Positions 37,527 to 46,650 of a stretch of 64,000 nucleotides of DNA are shown here, one piece after another. A program made the position numbers and the translations under genes. This stretch comes from Chloroflexota bacterium (GTDB lineage: Bacteria > Chloroflexota > Limnocylindria > P2-11E): NCBI GenBank assembly GCA_038040345.1, contig JBBPIQ010000009.1, forward strand, positions 3,165-67,164, read 5' to 3'. Below the pieces are notes generated by a model. The model was not told where the DNA came from, made no database searches, and saw only the letters and a list, made by a program, of their open reading frames with translations. Positions within the stretch are counted from its first letter, which is position 1. The number at the start of each line of letters is the position of its first letter.

Positions 37527-38195
37527 CTACGAGGCCCGCTCTAGCGCGCGGCGGCGGCGCCCACTCCGAGCGCCATGCACCGCGCGCAGCGGACCGAGCA
37601 CGAAATAGAACAGGCCGGCGACGAGCGGCGGGGCGCCAAGCAGCGCGAGCGCGATGCTCCCAAGGCCGGTCCCGATGTTGATGACGTCCGCTTCGATCGC
37701 GTAGCGCGCATCGAACAGGTCGAGTCGCGTCAGGTGCAGCACATGCCGCTTCCGAAGGGCGTAGAGGTACATGAGGAGGAAGACGACGAACACAGCGACG
37801 TAGCCGAGGCCGTAGATGACGATGAGCTGCGAAAGCTGGCCGGGCTCGATCGCAGCGAGGTTCGTTGGATCGACGAGCGAGCCGAGCACGAGCGTCGCAA
37901 GGAACTTCAGCGGATACACATAGAGGAGTACGACGAAAAGAAGGAGCGCGTTCAGGACGACCATTGGTCCATCGCCGAGGCCGTACCGACGGAAGAACTC
38001 CCGGTGCAGGTACCAGATCCAGATGAGCGCCGCGAACGACGGCGCGAACGCGACGAAGCTGCGCAGCGTGTGAACGAGCTCGTCGTACGAGCTCGGAACC
38101 TGGAGCGAGACGACGAGCAGCGTGAGCGCGAATGCGAAGACCGCGTCGGAGAAGCCCTCGAGACGCGACGTTTCGGCGCGCCGCTCGCTGGCCAC
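37527..38195 (-). CDS. TMEM175/DUF1211 family potassium channel
   Basis: RLEGFSDAVFAFALTLLVV signature and six hydrophobic helices. Confidence 0.75.
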   Translation of the reverse strand: MASERRAETSRLEGFSDAVFAFALTLLVVSLQVPSSYDELVHTLRSFVAFAPSFAALIWIWYLHREFFRRYGLGDGPMVVLNALLLFVVLLYVYPLKFLATLVLGSLVDPTNLAAIEPGQLSQLIVIYGLGYVAVFVVFLLMYLYALRKRHVLHLTRLDLFDARYAIEADVINIGTGLGSIALALLGAPPLVAGLFYFVLGPLRAVHGARSGRRRRALERAS

Positions 38196-38207
38196 TCGGC
38201 CGGGATG

Positions 38208-39380
38208 CTAGTCCCCGGGCGCCTGAGCCCCGCCAAGAAACGGATCGGTGTGCTCTTTCGGGATGAGCGCGAACGACAGGACCGCGGCGATCGCCTCGAG
38301 CCCGACGGCGCCGAGAAACGCCAGCTCGAGCGAGACCGGCGCGACGGCGCCGCCGAGCGCTGAGCCGACCGGGAAACCGATGAAGTTGAGTGACATCGAG
38401 ACCGCGAACGCGCGGCCCAGCCACGCGGGGTCGGTGCGGCGCTGTCGCAAGGTGAAGAGGACGACGTCGAACGGGCCGGTCGACAGTCCGATGAGCGCCA
38501 TCGCGAGCGCCGCGAACAACAGGTTCGGCGAGAGCACCACGAGGCCGTAGCCAAGTCCGGTCAGGAGCATGGCGCCGGCGAGGAGCGGCCGCTCGCGACC
38601 CTCGGTCCGCACGCGCCCCACGAAGATGACAGAGACCGCGGCGGTGACGCCCATGAGGGCGAACATCTGGCCAACCTGCGCCGCGCTGCCGCCGAAGCGC
38701 GAGAGCACGAGGACGGGCAGCCCGATGAAGAACAACCCATTTGCGATGTTCGCGGTCGACACCGAGATGCCGAGCCCGCGCAGCGACGCGTTGCGCCACG
38801 TGTAGACAAGCCCCGCCCAGGCGTCGGCGAGCAACGCGCCATGTGGAACGCGACCGAGCGGATCGCGCAGCCGGACCGTGACGATCGCCGCGATGACGTA
38901 CATCGCGGACGTCAGCGCGAGCGCCCAGAGACTGCCCACAGTCGCGACGAGAGCACCAGCGATCGCGGGACCGAAGATGCTTGACACGACATACCCGTTG
39001 CTGTCGATCGCGTTCGCTCGCTCCCAGAGCGGCCGCGGGACGATCAGCGGGAACATCGTGCGAACGCCGGTCGTGGACAGCGGGAACGTGAGCGACATGA
39101 CCGTGACGATCGCGAGCAGCGGCGCCTCCGAGAGCAGATCCGTCGCACCGAGCCCGACGATGAGCGCGAGCGCCGCTGCGGCCACGATGTAGTCGACGAC
39201 CATGAGCTTCACGCGGCCATGCCGGTCGAGGAGCGCGCCGGCGATCGGACTCATGAGCAGACCGGGTGCGAGCGCGAGGAACGTCACCGCACCTGCGAGT
39301 CCCGCCGAGTGGAATCGCTCGAGCGCGAACAGGACGAGGACGAGCTCGACCATCGTCGTCGCGGTCCGCGCGAGCAGCAT
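38208..39380 (-). CDS. MFS transporter
   Basis: About 12 TM helices. An MFS-like N-terminal sequence (SYRQLLQIPGLPRLVGS) continues in frame upstream of the ATG at 39380 without a canonical start codon, so the true start is unclear. Confidence 0.75.
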   Translation of the reverse strand: MLLARTATTMVELVLVLFALERFHSAGLAGAVTFLALAPGLLMSPIAGALLDRHGRVKLMVVDYIVAAAALALIVGLGATDLLSEAPLLAIVTVMSLTFPLSTTGVRTMFPLIVPRPLWERANAIDSNGYVVSSIFGPAIAGALVATVGSLWALALTSAMYVIAAIVTVRLRDPLGRVPHGALLADAWAGLVYTWRNASLRGLGISVSTANIANGLFFIGLPVLVLSRFGGSAAQVGQMFALMGVTAAVSVIFVGRVRTEGRERPLLAGAMLLTGLGYGLVVLSPNLLFAALAMALIGLSTGPFDVVLFTLRQRRTDPAWLGRAFAVSMSLNFIGFPVGSALGGAVAPVSLELAFLGAVGLEAIAAVLSFALIPKEHTDPFLGGAQAPGD

Positions 39381-39510
39381 GCTCCCGACGAGACGCGGGA
39401 GGCCCGGTATTTGGAGGAGCTGCCGATAGCTCGGTGGCGCCTTGGTGACGAGTTCGGTTATCGAGCGACTCTACCGAACGAAGCGGAACGTAGCTCTCAG
39501 CACATTCGGG

Positions 39511-39939
39511 CTACGGGGTCAGCGCGTCCTCTATCCCTCGCGCGATGGCTGCGGGATCGTACGAATGCCGTACCCACTGCCGGTACACGCCGAGACCCAT
39601 CGTTCGGAAGATGCCGTCGACGAACTTATCGCGATAGCGGCGGTCTGCGCGCAAATGTGACCGGTCGTCAAGTTCAACGGCGAGCACCGGACGAAACGTC
39701 GTGGCGTCGCAGAGCACGAAGTCGACATGCTTGGACGAGACCTTGTTGAATGCGCGTGTATCCGCCCAACGGTCCAAGTCCTGACAAAGGTCCGCGAGCC
39801 GGACCTTCGCGAACACGACATACCGCCGGCCTGCCGCGAGCAGAAGGGCGCCGTAGAAGGCCGCTTCGGAGGCGGTGAGCAGCGACTGGGTGAGCTTATA
39901 TGGATAGAGTTCGAGGTCCTCTGCCTTCGTGAGAGCCAT
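39511..39939 (-). CDS. DUF2726 domain protein (endonuclease-like fold)
   Basis: EAAFYGALLLA...VFAKVRLADL...FNKVSSKHVDFVLCD...VLAVELDDRSH...RDKFV matches the DUF2726 pattern. Confidence 0.7.
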   Translation of the reverse strand: MALTKAEDLELYPYKLTQSLLTASEAAFYGALLLAAGRRYVVFAKVRLADLCQDLDRWADTRAFNKVSSKHVDFVLCDATTFRPVLAVELDDRSHLRADRRYRDKFVDGIFRTMGLGVYRQWVRHSYDPAAIARGIEDALTP

Positions 39940-40031
39940 GGTGCGACTTTACGAAACGCTCAAGCGGCGGCGGGAGCATTCGGAGAGAGTTCAGGCGTCG
40001 AGCCGAGATCAATCCGCCGGGCCATCATCGA

Positions 40032-40589
40032 TTATTCGACGACTGATTTGATTCCGAACAACCGCTCCCAGTCTTCGCGCAGGACCTCGGACATCCAGAC
40101 GTCGTGCCAGCGGCCGTCGCGATAGAACTCTTCGCGGAGGATCCCAGCCTCGCGGTAGCCGGCCTTCTGAAGCGCGCGCTTCGACGCCTCGTTGTCCATG
40201 AACGCGCGTGAACGGACCTTGTGAAGGTTTAGCTCGCGAAATGCGAAGCGCGTGCGCAGGGCCATCGCTTCGCTGGCGACGCCCTTCCCCCACATCGATT
40301 TGTCACCGATCGTGATGCCGCTCTCCCCGGTGCCGTGGCGGTGATCGATGCCGCCGATGCCGGTCATTCCGACAACCTTGCCGTCCACCTCGATCGCCCA
40401 CGTGACGCCTTTCGGATCCTCACCGACGCGCTTGAACCACTCCTCCTCTTGCGAGTCCGACAACGGGCCGATCCCCGGCATGAAGCGGAGCACATCGACA
40501 TCTTCGAACCATCGTTGGTAGGTCGTCAGCTCTTCCTTTCGCGGCGGCCGCAGCGTGCATTTCTCGCCGCGAAGGACGGGACCGAACAT
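40032..40589 (-). CDS. GNAT family N-acetyltransferase (RimJ/RimL-like)
   Basis: LRPPRKEEL...WAIEVDGKVVGMTGI...WGKGVASEA...FMDNEASKRALQKAGY. The ATG at 40589 shares one base with the upstream TGA. Confidence 0.8.
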   Translation of the reverse strand: MFGPVLRGEKCTLRPPRKEELTTYQRWFEDVDVLRFMPGIGPLSDSQEEEWFKRVGEDPKGVTWAIEVDGKVVGMTGIGGIDHRHGTGESGITIGDKSMWGKGVASEAMALRTRFAFRELNLHKVRSRAFMDNEASKRALQKAGYREAGILREEFYRDGRWHDVWMSEVLREDWERLFGIKSVVE

Positions 40590-41383
40590 CAAGGGATCGC
40601 GAGGTATCCGGGCCCTGGGCGCTGCAACCGACGCGTCGCGATGAGATCCGCCAGCAATGGCCATTCGACCGGCCAGCTGAACCACTTCGCCACTTCATCC
40701 TGGTGCGCGAGCACCGCGGCGCGGACGCCGATGAGCACGAGCTCTGCGAGCGCCTGCTCGTGATTCGCCTTCCAGGGTTTGTTCCAGACCTGGTCCCATC
40801 GCGCGAGCTCGCTCGTGTGACGATGCGCGCCCTTCGCGTCCTCGACCACGGTGTCACGCGAGACCACCGCGCCGACCGCCTCGAGCTTCTCGCGCACCTT
40901 CCGCATCGCGGGCGCCGCTAGCCCGAGCTCTTCCTTGACGTCGTCGAGCTTCGACGGGCCGGCGGAACGGAGATGCCTAAGCAGACGCGAGCCGTCGTCG
41001 CCCGCGGCGTCGGCTTCGGCGAGCGCCGCACGGGCGAGTGGATCGATCGCGCGCATCGCGGCCTGGTGAGAGAGGAGGACCTTCCCGCGATGCACCTTGA
41101 GGGAGTGCACGCCGGGCCGTGACGCAAGCTCGCCGCCCCACGGCCACTTCGTCTTCGGCCACGACCCGAATCCCGCGGCGCCAGCCTTGTACGCCTGTTC
41201 ATGAGTGGCGGCGAACAGACTCGGGAGCGCGGAATCCTGCGTCAGCGTGAGGACGCCGCGGTCGACGAGAAAGGCCTCGGCCTCGTCGAGCGTCTCGAGC
41301 TTGCGATCCGCCGTAAGACGGCAGTCGTGCAGCCGCTTCTGGCGCAGCTCCGCCACGGAGTTCATGGGCGCGAGCGGAGCCAT
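40589..41383 (-). CDS. Hypothetical protein (possible winged-helix DNA-binding protein)
   Basis: Protein-like composition and translational coupling to the GNAT gene. No motif recognised. Confidence 0.4.
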   Translation of the reverse strand: MAPLAPMNSVAELRQKRLHDCRLTADRKLETLDEAEAFLVDRGVLTLTQDSALPSLFAATHEQAYKAGAAGFGSWPKTKWPWGGELASRPGVHSLKVHRGKVLLSHQAAMRAIDPLARAALAEADAAGDDGSRLLRHLRSAGPSKLDDVKEELGLAAPAMRKVREKLEAVGAVVSRDTVVEDAKGAHRHTSELARWDQVWNKPWKANHEQALAELVLIGVRAAVLAHQDEVAKWFSWPVEWPLLADLIATRRLQRPGPGYLAIP

Positions 41384-41453
41384 CGCTCAATCACTCGGCG
41401 TCAAAGCCCACGAAACCGTGCAATAACCGCGCAACTGCCCTTAGTCTCAACTC

Positions 41454-43823
41454 GTGCATTCCCCCACGCGGACGCTCGCACGAGAGCGCCTGCGGGTTAT
41501 CGCTGTCATCGCTCTCGCGTTCCTCCCTCTCGTGCTCATCGAGACCGCAATCATCGGCCAACAGGCGCAAGCCGGCCGCGAGAGTATCGAAGCTGGGCGT
41601 TTGGCATTGGTCCGCTCCGCCGCGGGCGCGGCCGACGGCTTCGTGGCGGGCAACCTCGCGACCCTCCACGCCCTCACCCAGACCCGCTCCATCCGCGCGG
41701 CCGACGCCGATACGGTGAACGCCGTCCTCCGGCCGATCATCCAGAACGACCCGAACTGGCTCACGATCGCGCTGTCCACAACGGATGGCTGGAACCTCTC
41801 GAGCCTCACGACGGCCGCGCATAGCGTGAACATCGCCGACCGCGACTACTTTCAGGCCGCGGTCGCGGGCAATGACGGCGTCGGCTCCGTGCTGGTCGCG
41901 CGCGGCACATTGAAGGCGAAAACGATCGTCCTCGCTGTCCCGGTCGCGTTCGACAACGGAACGAAGGGCGTGCTCTCGGGTGCCCTATCGCTCGGAAACA
42001 TCGAGAAGCAGCTGAGCGACCTGGTGCCGGGCACCGCGATCGACCTGCGGGTCATCGACCGCCTCGGCCACCAGTTCATCGGTCCAGGCAGCGAGGGCGA
42101 CACGCTTCCCGATCAAAACGCGCTCCCCGAGGTCCAAGCCGGCCTCGCGGGGACGTCGAACGCGATCGTGTCGAACGACACGGCCGGCCGCGAGAGCCTC
42201 ATCGCCGGCGCGCCCGCGACGCAAGCGGGCTGGGTCGTCGTCCTCTCGGAGCCCACGTCTTCCGCATTCGCTCTGCCCGATGGGCTGACCCGCGCGGCGG
42301 TCCTGCTCACGCTCGTCGGGCTTCTCGCCGCGCTCGGCATCGCGTGGTACTTCGGCGGGCGCGTCGCGCGCTCGTACGTCGCGCTCGACGGGGCGCGCGC
42401 GGAGACTGAAACCGAGCGGTTCCGCCTCTACGAGGCGCTGCGGCACGCGCCAGCGCGCGTGGGCATGCTGCTCGGTCCCGATCTGCGCTTCGCGATGGTG
42501 AGTCCGGCGCAGCTCTCCGAGATGGGACTTGCGGAGAAGGACGTCATCGGCCGTCCCTTCCGCGACCTCGACCCCGACCCGAGCCATCGCGCCGTGCTCG
42601 AGCAGGTCTATCGCACCGGTGAGCCGCACGTCTCCCGGGAGTCGCCTACGCGAGCCCGCCTGTCGACGGGTGCGACCGTCGATGGCTACTTCAACAGCAC
42701 GATCGTTGCGACGCGCGACGCGTCGGGCGCGATCGACGGGGTCATCTACTTCGCGGCGGATGTGACCGATCTGGTTGTGGGTCGCAAGCGCGTGGAAGAG
42801 CTCGCCGCGGCTGTCTCGGGAGAGCGCGATGAGCTCCAGCACATCCTCAACGAGCTCCCCGAAGGCGTCGTCGTCATGCGTCGCGACGGGGCGGTCACAC
42901 GAAACCGCGTCGCCGATCAGCTTCTCGGCACGCGATACGACGTCCGCGACTTCCCGATCATGCGCGCGCTCGAGGGTGAGGACGTGCGCGGCGAGGAGAC
43001 GGTGATCCACAACCCAGCGCGCGGCGAGGATCTGAACGTGCTCGTGAGCGCCGCGCCGGTGCGTCGCGATGGCGAGATCGTCGCGGCCGTCTCGGTGTTC
43101 CAGGACATCACCCAGCTGCGCGCGTTCGAACGTCAGCGCACCGAGTTCTTCAGCATGGCGAGCCACGAGATCCGGACGCCGGTCACCGCGATCCTGCTGC
43201 AATTGGACCTCGCGCTCCGGCAGATCTCGCGCGGCGACAGCTCGAACACTGAGGAGATGCTCCGCAAGGCGAGGCAACGGACCAAAGGGCTGACCGCCCT
43301 CATCAACGACCTGCTAGACGTCTCGCGCCTCGACGTCGGCAAGTTCGCACTCGAGCTTGAGGATCTCGATATCGCGGCGGTCGTGCGACAGGCGGTCGAT
43401 GACTACCCCACCGACGAGAACCACACGATCCGGGTCATTTCGAGCGGCGGGTCGTTGCCGGTCCGCGGAGATGGGCGCCGCGTCGTGGAAGTGCTCGAGA
43501 ACCTGCTGAGCAACGCGGTGAAGTACAGCCCGAATGGCGGTGCCGTCACGGTCGAGATCGGACGCGACAAGGACGACGCGGTCATCCGCATCCGCGACGA
43601 GGGCCTCGGCGTTCCGAAGGCCGAGCGCGGTCAGATCTTCGAGCGGTTCTTCCGAACGAGCGTCGCGAAGCCATACGGCGGGGTCGGGCTCGGCTTGTAC
43701 ATCAGCCGCGAGATCGTCACGCGTATGGGCGGGGACGTACAGCTCGAGGCAGGCGGCGATAAGGGCAGCGTGTTCCGCGTGACCCTGCCGCTCCAGCGAA
43801 TGCCCGCGACCTCAGCGAAGTAG
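41454..43823 (+). CDS. Sensor histidine kinase with extracytoplasmic Cache-like domain, PAS domains, HisKA and HATPase_c
   Basis: Two TM helices flank a ~250-aa periplasmic region. H-box FFSMASHEIRTPV, N-box LSNAVKYSP, and G-boxes DEGLGV and GGVGLGLYISREIV. Confidence 0.85.
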   Translation: MHSPTRTLARERLRVIAVIALAFLPLVLIETAIIGQQAQAGRESIEAGRLALVRSAAGAADGFVAGNLATLHALTQTRSIRAADADTVNAVLRPIIQNDPNWLTIALSTTDGWNLSSLTTAAHSVNIADRDYFQAAVAGNDGVGSVLVARGTLKAKTIVLAVPVAFDNGTKGVLSGALSLGNIEKQLSDLVPGTAIDLRVIDRLGHQFIGPGSEGDTLPDQNALPEVQAGLAGTSNAIVSNDTAGRESLIAGAPATQAGWVVVLSEPTSSAFALPDGLTRAAVLLTLVGLLAALGIAWYFGGRVARSYVALDGARAETETERFRLYEALRHAPARVGMLLGPDLRFAMVSPAQLSEMGLAEKDVIGRPFRDLDPDPSHRAVLEQVYRTGEPHVSRESPTRARLSTGATVDGYFNSTIVATRDASGAIDGVIYFAADVTDLVVGRKRVEELAAAVSGERDELQHILNELPEGVVVMRRDGAVTRNRVADQLLGTRYDVRDFPIMRALEGEDVRGEETVIHNPARGEDLNVLVSAAPVRRDGEIVAAVSVFQDITQLRAFERQRTEFFSMASHEIRTPVTAILLQLDLALRQISRGDSSNTEEMLRKARQRTKGLTALINDLLDVSRLDVGKFALELEDLDIAAVVRQAVDDYPTDENHTIRVISSGGSLPVRGDGRRVVEVLENLLSNAVKYSPNGGAVTVEIGRDKDDAVIRIRDEGLGVPKAERGQIFERFFRTSVAKPYGGVGLGLYISREIVTRMGGDVQLEAGGDKGSVFRVTLPLQRMPATSAK

Positions 43824-44965
43824 TGCGTACTGTTTCCGGCGTGCCTCGACCCGGTGGCTGGGCGCCCGAATACCTTGCGGCGATCATCGACTCGACCGAC
43901 GACGCGGTGATCGGAAAGACGCTCAACGGCACGATCATCAGCTGGAACAGGGGCGCCGAGCGGATCTACGGGTATTCCGCGGATGAGGTCAACGGACAGC
44001 CGATCTCGATTCTCATCCCGCCGGACCGGGCCGACGAGCTGCCGGCGATCCTCGCCCGCGTCGCTCGGGGGGAACGCATCGACCACTACCTGACGAAGCG
44101 CGCTCGGAAGTCTGGGGATGTGATCGACGTCTCGGTCACGATCTCGCCGGTCCAGGACGAGACCGGGAGGATCGTCGGCGCGTCCGCGATCGCGCGAGAC
44201 GTCACGGCACAACAGGACGCGGTAAAGGAAGCTCTTCGCATCCGCGAAGAATTCATCTCGGTCGCCGCCCACGAGCTGCGTACGCCGCTGACGACCTTGT
44301 ACGCGCGGCTTCAGCTCATCGAACGCCGCCTCGCGCGGCAGGACCTCGACCCCGCGATCGTCCTGCGCGACGTCACGCTGGTGCGTCAGGCCGCGGACCG
44401 CCTCAAGACCCTCATCGACCGACTGCTCGACGTCTCGCGCATCAAGTCCGGACAGCTTCAGCTCGAGCGTGAGACGACCGACGTCGCTGCCATGGTCGAG
44501 TCAGTCGCGTCGATGCTGGCCGAGACGTCCGGCCGCGAGATAACGATCGGGGCGTCGGACGCACCGGAGAGCTATCGCATCGCCGTGGACGCCGTGCGAA
44601 TGGAAGAAGTCGTCGTGAACCTGATCGACAACGCGGTGAAATACAGCCCGCGCGGGACGAGGATCGATGTCGAGCTCACCTCAACTCTCGAGGCGATCCG
44701 GATCGCGGTGCGCGACCACGGGCCGGGCATCCGCGATGAGGAACGCACGCGCATCTTCGAACCGTTCCACCGCTCGTCGGCCACCGCGCCGGGTGTCGGG
44801 CTCGGCCTTCACATCGCGATGGAGATCGTCGAGCTGCACGGAGGAACGCTCATCCTTGAGGCGCCCGTCGACGGCGGAAGCCGCTTCGTCGTGACGATTC
44901 CGCGAAACTCGGGCAACGGATCTGGTGACGCGACCTCGCGCGGCTCGTTTGGCACGAGGGAATAG
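43823..44965 (+). CDS. Cytoplasmic PAS-histidine kinase
   Basis: PAS region IIDSTDDAVIGKTLNGTIISWNRGAERIYGY, H-box FISVAAHELRTPL, NAVKYSP, DHGPGI and GVGLGLHIAMEIV. The GTG overlaps the upstream TAG by 1 nt. Confidence 0.85.
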   Translation: MRTVSGVPRPGGWAPEYLAAIIDSTDDAVIGKTLNGTIISWNRGAERIYGYSADEVNGQPISILIPPDRADELPAILARVARGERIDHYLTKRARKSGDVIDVSVTISPVQDETGRIVGASAIARDVTAQQDAVKEALRIREEFISVAAHELRTPLTTLYARLQLIERRLARQDLDPAIVLRDVTLVRQAADRLKTLIDRLLDVSRIKSGQLQLERETTDVAAMVESVASMLAETSGREITIGASDAPESYRIAVDAVRMEEVVVNLIDNAVKYSPRGTRIDVELTSTLEAIRIAVRDHGPGIRDEERTRIFEPFHRSSATAPGVGLGLHIAMEIVELHGGTLILEAPVDGGSRFVVTIPRNSGNGSGDATSRGSFGTRE

Positions 44966-45127
44966 AGTGCGCACCGGCCACGGGAAGGGCCGCTCATGCA
45001 CCGGCACGGTCTATCGCGACGAGGGGCGTCGTCAACGTCCGCCGCAGCCAAGTCCGGCACGCCGACACCGGTACCCGCAAATTCTGAGTGCGGCCGGCTC
45101 CACATCTAGAGAGTCGATCCTTCGATG

Positions 45128-45354
45128 GAGCCTTCCGCGATCGGCGTCCCGGCGGCGAGCGGTCAGATCTTGAGCAGTTTTTCCGAACAACTGTCGCGAA
45201 ACCATACGGCGAAGTCCGCCTGGGTCTTTACATCAGTCGGGAGATCGTTACGAAGATGGGCGGAGACATCGTGCTCGAGTCGAGCGCCGCGGGTGGCAGC
45301 GTCTTCCGCATGAGCCTCCCGCTCCAGCGAGTGCCTGTGACCTCTGCGAAATAG
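45128..45354 (+). pseudogene. Relic of a third histidine-kinase gene (HATPase_c C-terminal fragment only)
   Basis: FFRTTVAKPYGEVRLGLYISREIVTKMGGDIVLESSAAGGSVFRMSLPLQRVPVTSAK parallels the last ~60 aa of the 41454-43823 product. DNA identity is roughly three quarters by eye, with indels upstream. Confidence 0.7.
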
Positions 45355-45433
45355 CTCGCTCGCTTCGCAACGGCCCGTTGCGCCGAGTGCTATACCCCCC
45401 GCGGGTTATCAGCGCTGAAAGAGGGGGGTGGTC

Positions 45434-45961
45434 ATGAAGCAATTGTGTAGTCGCGCGGTCATCGTCGCCGCTTTCGCAATCAGCACACTTCTCGCGTCGC
45501 AATCAGCCGCGTACGCATCAGGTCCGAGAGTGAGCGGGGGTGGAATCGTCGACGGCGCCCTCGGGACGACATCGCAGCTCGGATTCACCGCATCGTCGTC
45601 GGGCGGAGAGTTCCTCTGCGTGATGGCGGGTCGCTCAGGCGGATTCCCGTTTGGGCCGTGGGCCAGCGTCCAGCAGATGCAGGTAAAGGGATCGGTCACC
45701 AGCCCGGTCACGCTGTCCGGCGGGGTCGCGAGCTTTAGCGGAACGGCGACGATCCACGTCGTGGGAAAGACCTCCACGGGTGACGTCATGACCGCCACTG
45801 TTCCGAACGTCCCGTATACGTCGCGGCAGACGGCCGGCGGAGCCGGCGTCGCAACCCATCGGCTCGAAGTGGTCCTGCCGGGCTTCGGAGCGATGTCGTT
45901 CCCGAGCGGTCTCGGCACGATGGCGACACTCCGATCGGGCCACATCACGATCAGGCAATAG
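45434..45961 (+). CDS. Secreted hypothetical protein
   Basis: Signal peptide MKQLCSRAVIVAAFAISTLLASQSAAYA and a Gly/Ser/Thr-rich beta-type sequence. A GAGGGGGG Shine-Dalgarno sits 6 nt before the ATG at 45434. Confidence 0.6.
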   Translation: MKQLCSRAVIVAAFAISTLLASQSAAYASGPRVSGGGIVDGALGTTSQLGFTASSSGGEFLCVMAGRSGGFPFGPWASVQQMQVKGSVTSPVTLSGGVASFSGTATIHVVGKTSTGDVMTATVPNVPYTSRQTAGGAGVATHRLEVVLPGFGAMSFPSGLGTMATLRSGHITIRQ

Positions 45962-45986
45962 CGAAAGACACTTTGGGAGGTCTCTC

Positions 45987-46595
45987 ATGAAGAGATTCGC
46001 AGCGATCCTCGCGGTCCTCGCGCTCGTACCGGCGCTCGGCGGCGGGGCGCAAGCATCTAGCGACAACCAGTCGGCGATGTTCGATTACCACATCTCGGAT
46101 GCGTTCATCCAGTCAATCGGTGAGCCGGCGCAGACCGGCGCCAAGGCAACAGCAACGATAGGAGGCGATCAGGTTCGCGTGGTCGGCACGGGGACGTTCA
46201 ACACCGCCGCGGGGAGGGCGACGGGTGGCGGCACGTTCGTCCATACCAACGCGGGCGACGTGATCGTCGGCTTTGGAACCTGGACGGCGACGAGCCTCGT
46301 TAGCTTCACCTCGTACGGCTGTGGAGTCCGCGGCGGGGAGCCGGTACCGGCGAACTTCTGCGGCGGATTGGCCACGATGACAGTCCACATCAGCGCCACG
46401 CTGGTAAATCCTGCGGCTGGCCACGTGGAGACCGACGCGATCCTCGTCGTGGACTGCAAGCTAGGCACACCACCGCCTACTGCTCACGAGGGGATCAAGC
46501 TCGACGCCAGGCCCTTGGCGCCGAACTTCGACATCACCAACGACAGCGGGCACGGTGAAACGCTCTTCCTTTCGCGGAGTCACTCGGGCGGATAG
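45987..46595 (+). CDS. Secreted hypothetical protein
   Basis: Signal peptide MKRFAAILAVLALVPALGGGAQA, with a GGGAGG Shine-Dalgarno upstream. Confidence 0.6.
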   Translation: MKRFAAILAVLALVPALGGGAQASSDNQSAMFDYHISDAFIQSIGEPAQTGAKATATIGGDQVRVVGTGTFNTAAGRATGGGTFVHTNAGDVIVGFGTWTATSLVSFTSYGCGVRGGEPVPANFCGGLATMTVHISATLVNPAAGHVETDAILVVDCKLGTPPPTAHEGIKLDARPLAPNFDITNDSGHGETLFLSRSHSGG

Positions 46596-46621
46596 TCGCG
46601 ACCTCGCAACGTCGCATCAAG

Positions 46622-46649
46622 GAAGACCCCCGGTGATCCGGGGGTCTTC
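46622..46649. terminator. Bidirectional intrinsic terminator hairpin between convergent genes (12-bp perfect stem, 4-nt loop)
   Basis: gaagacccccgg-tgat-ccgggggtcttc followed by tctat. Confidence 0.7.
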
Positions 46650-46650
46650 T

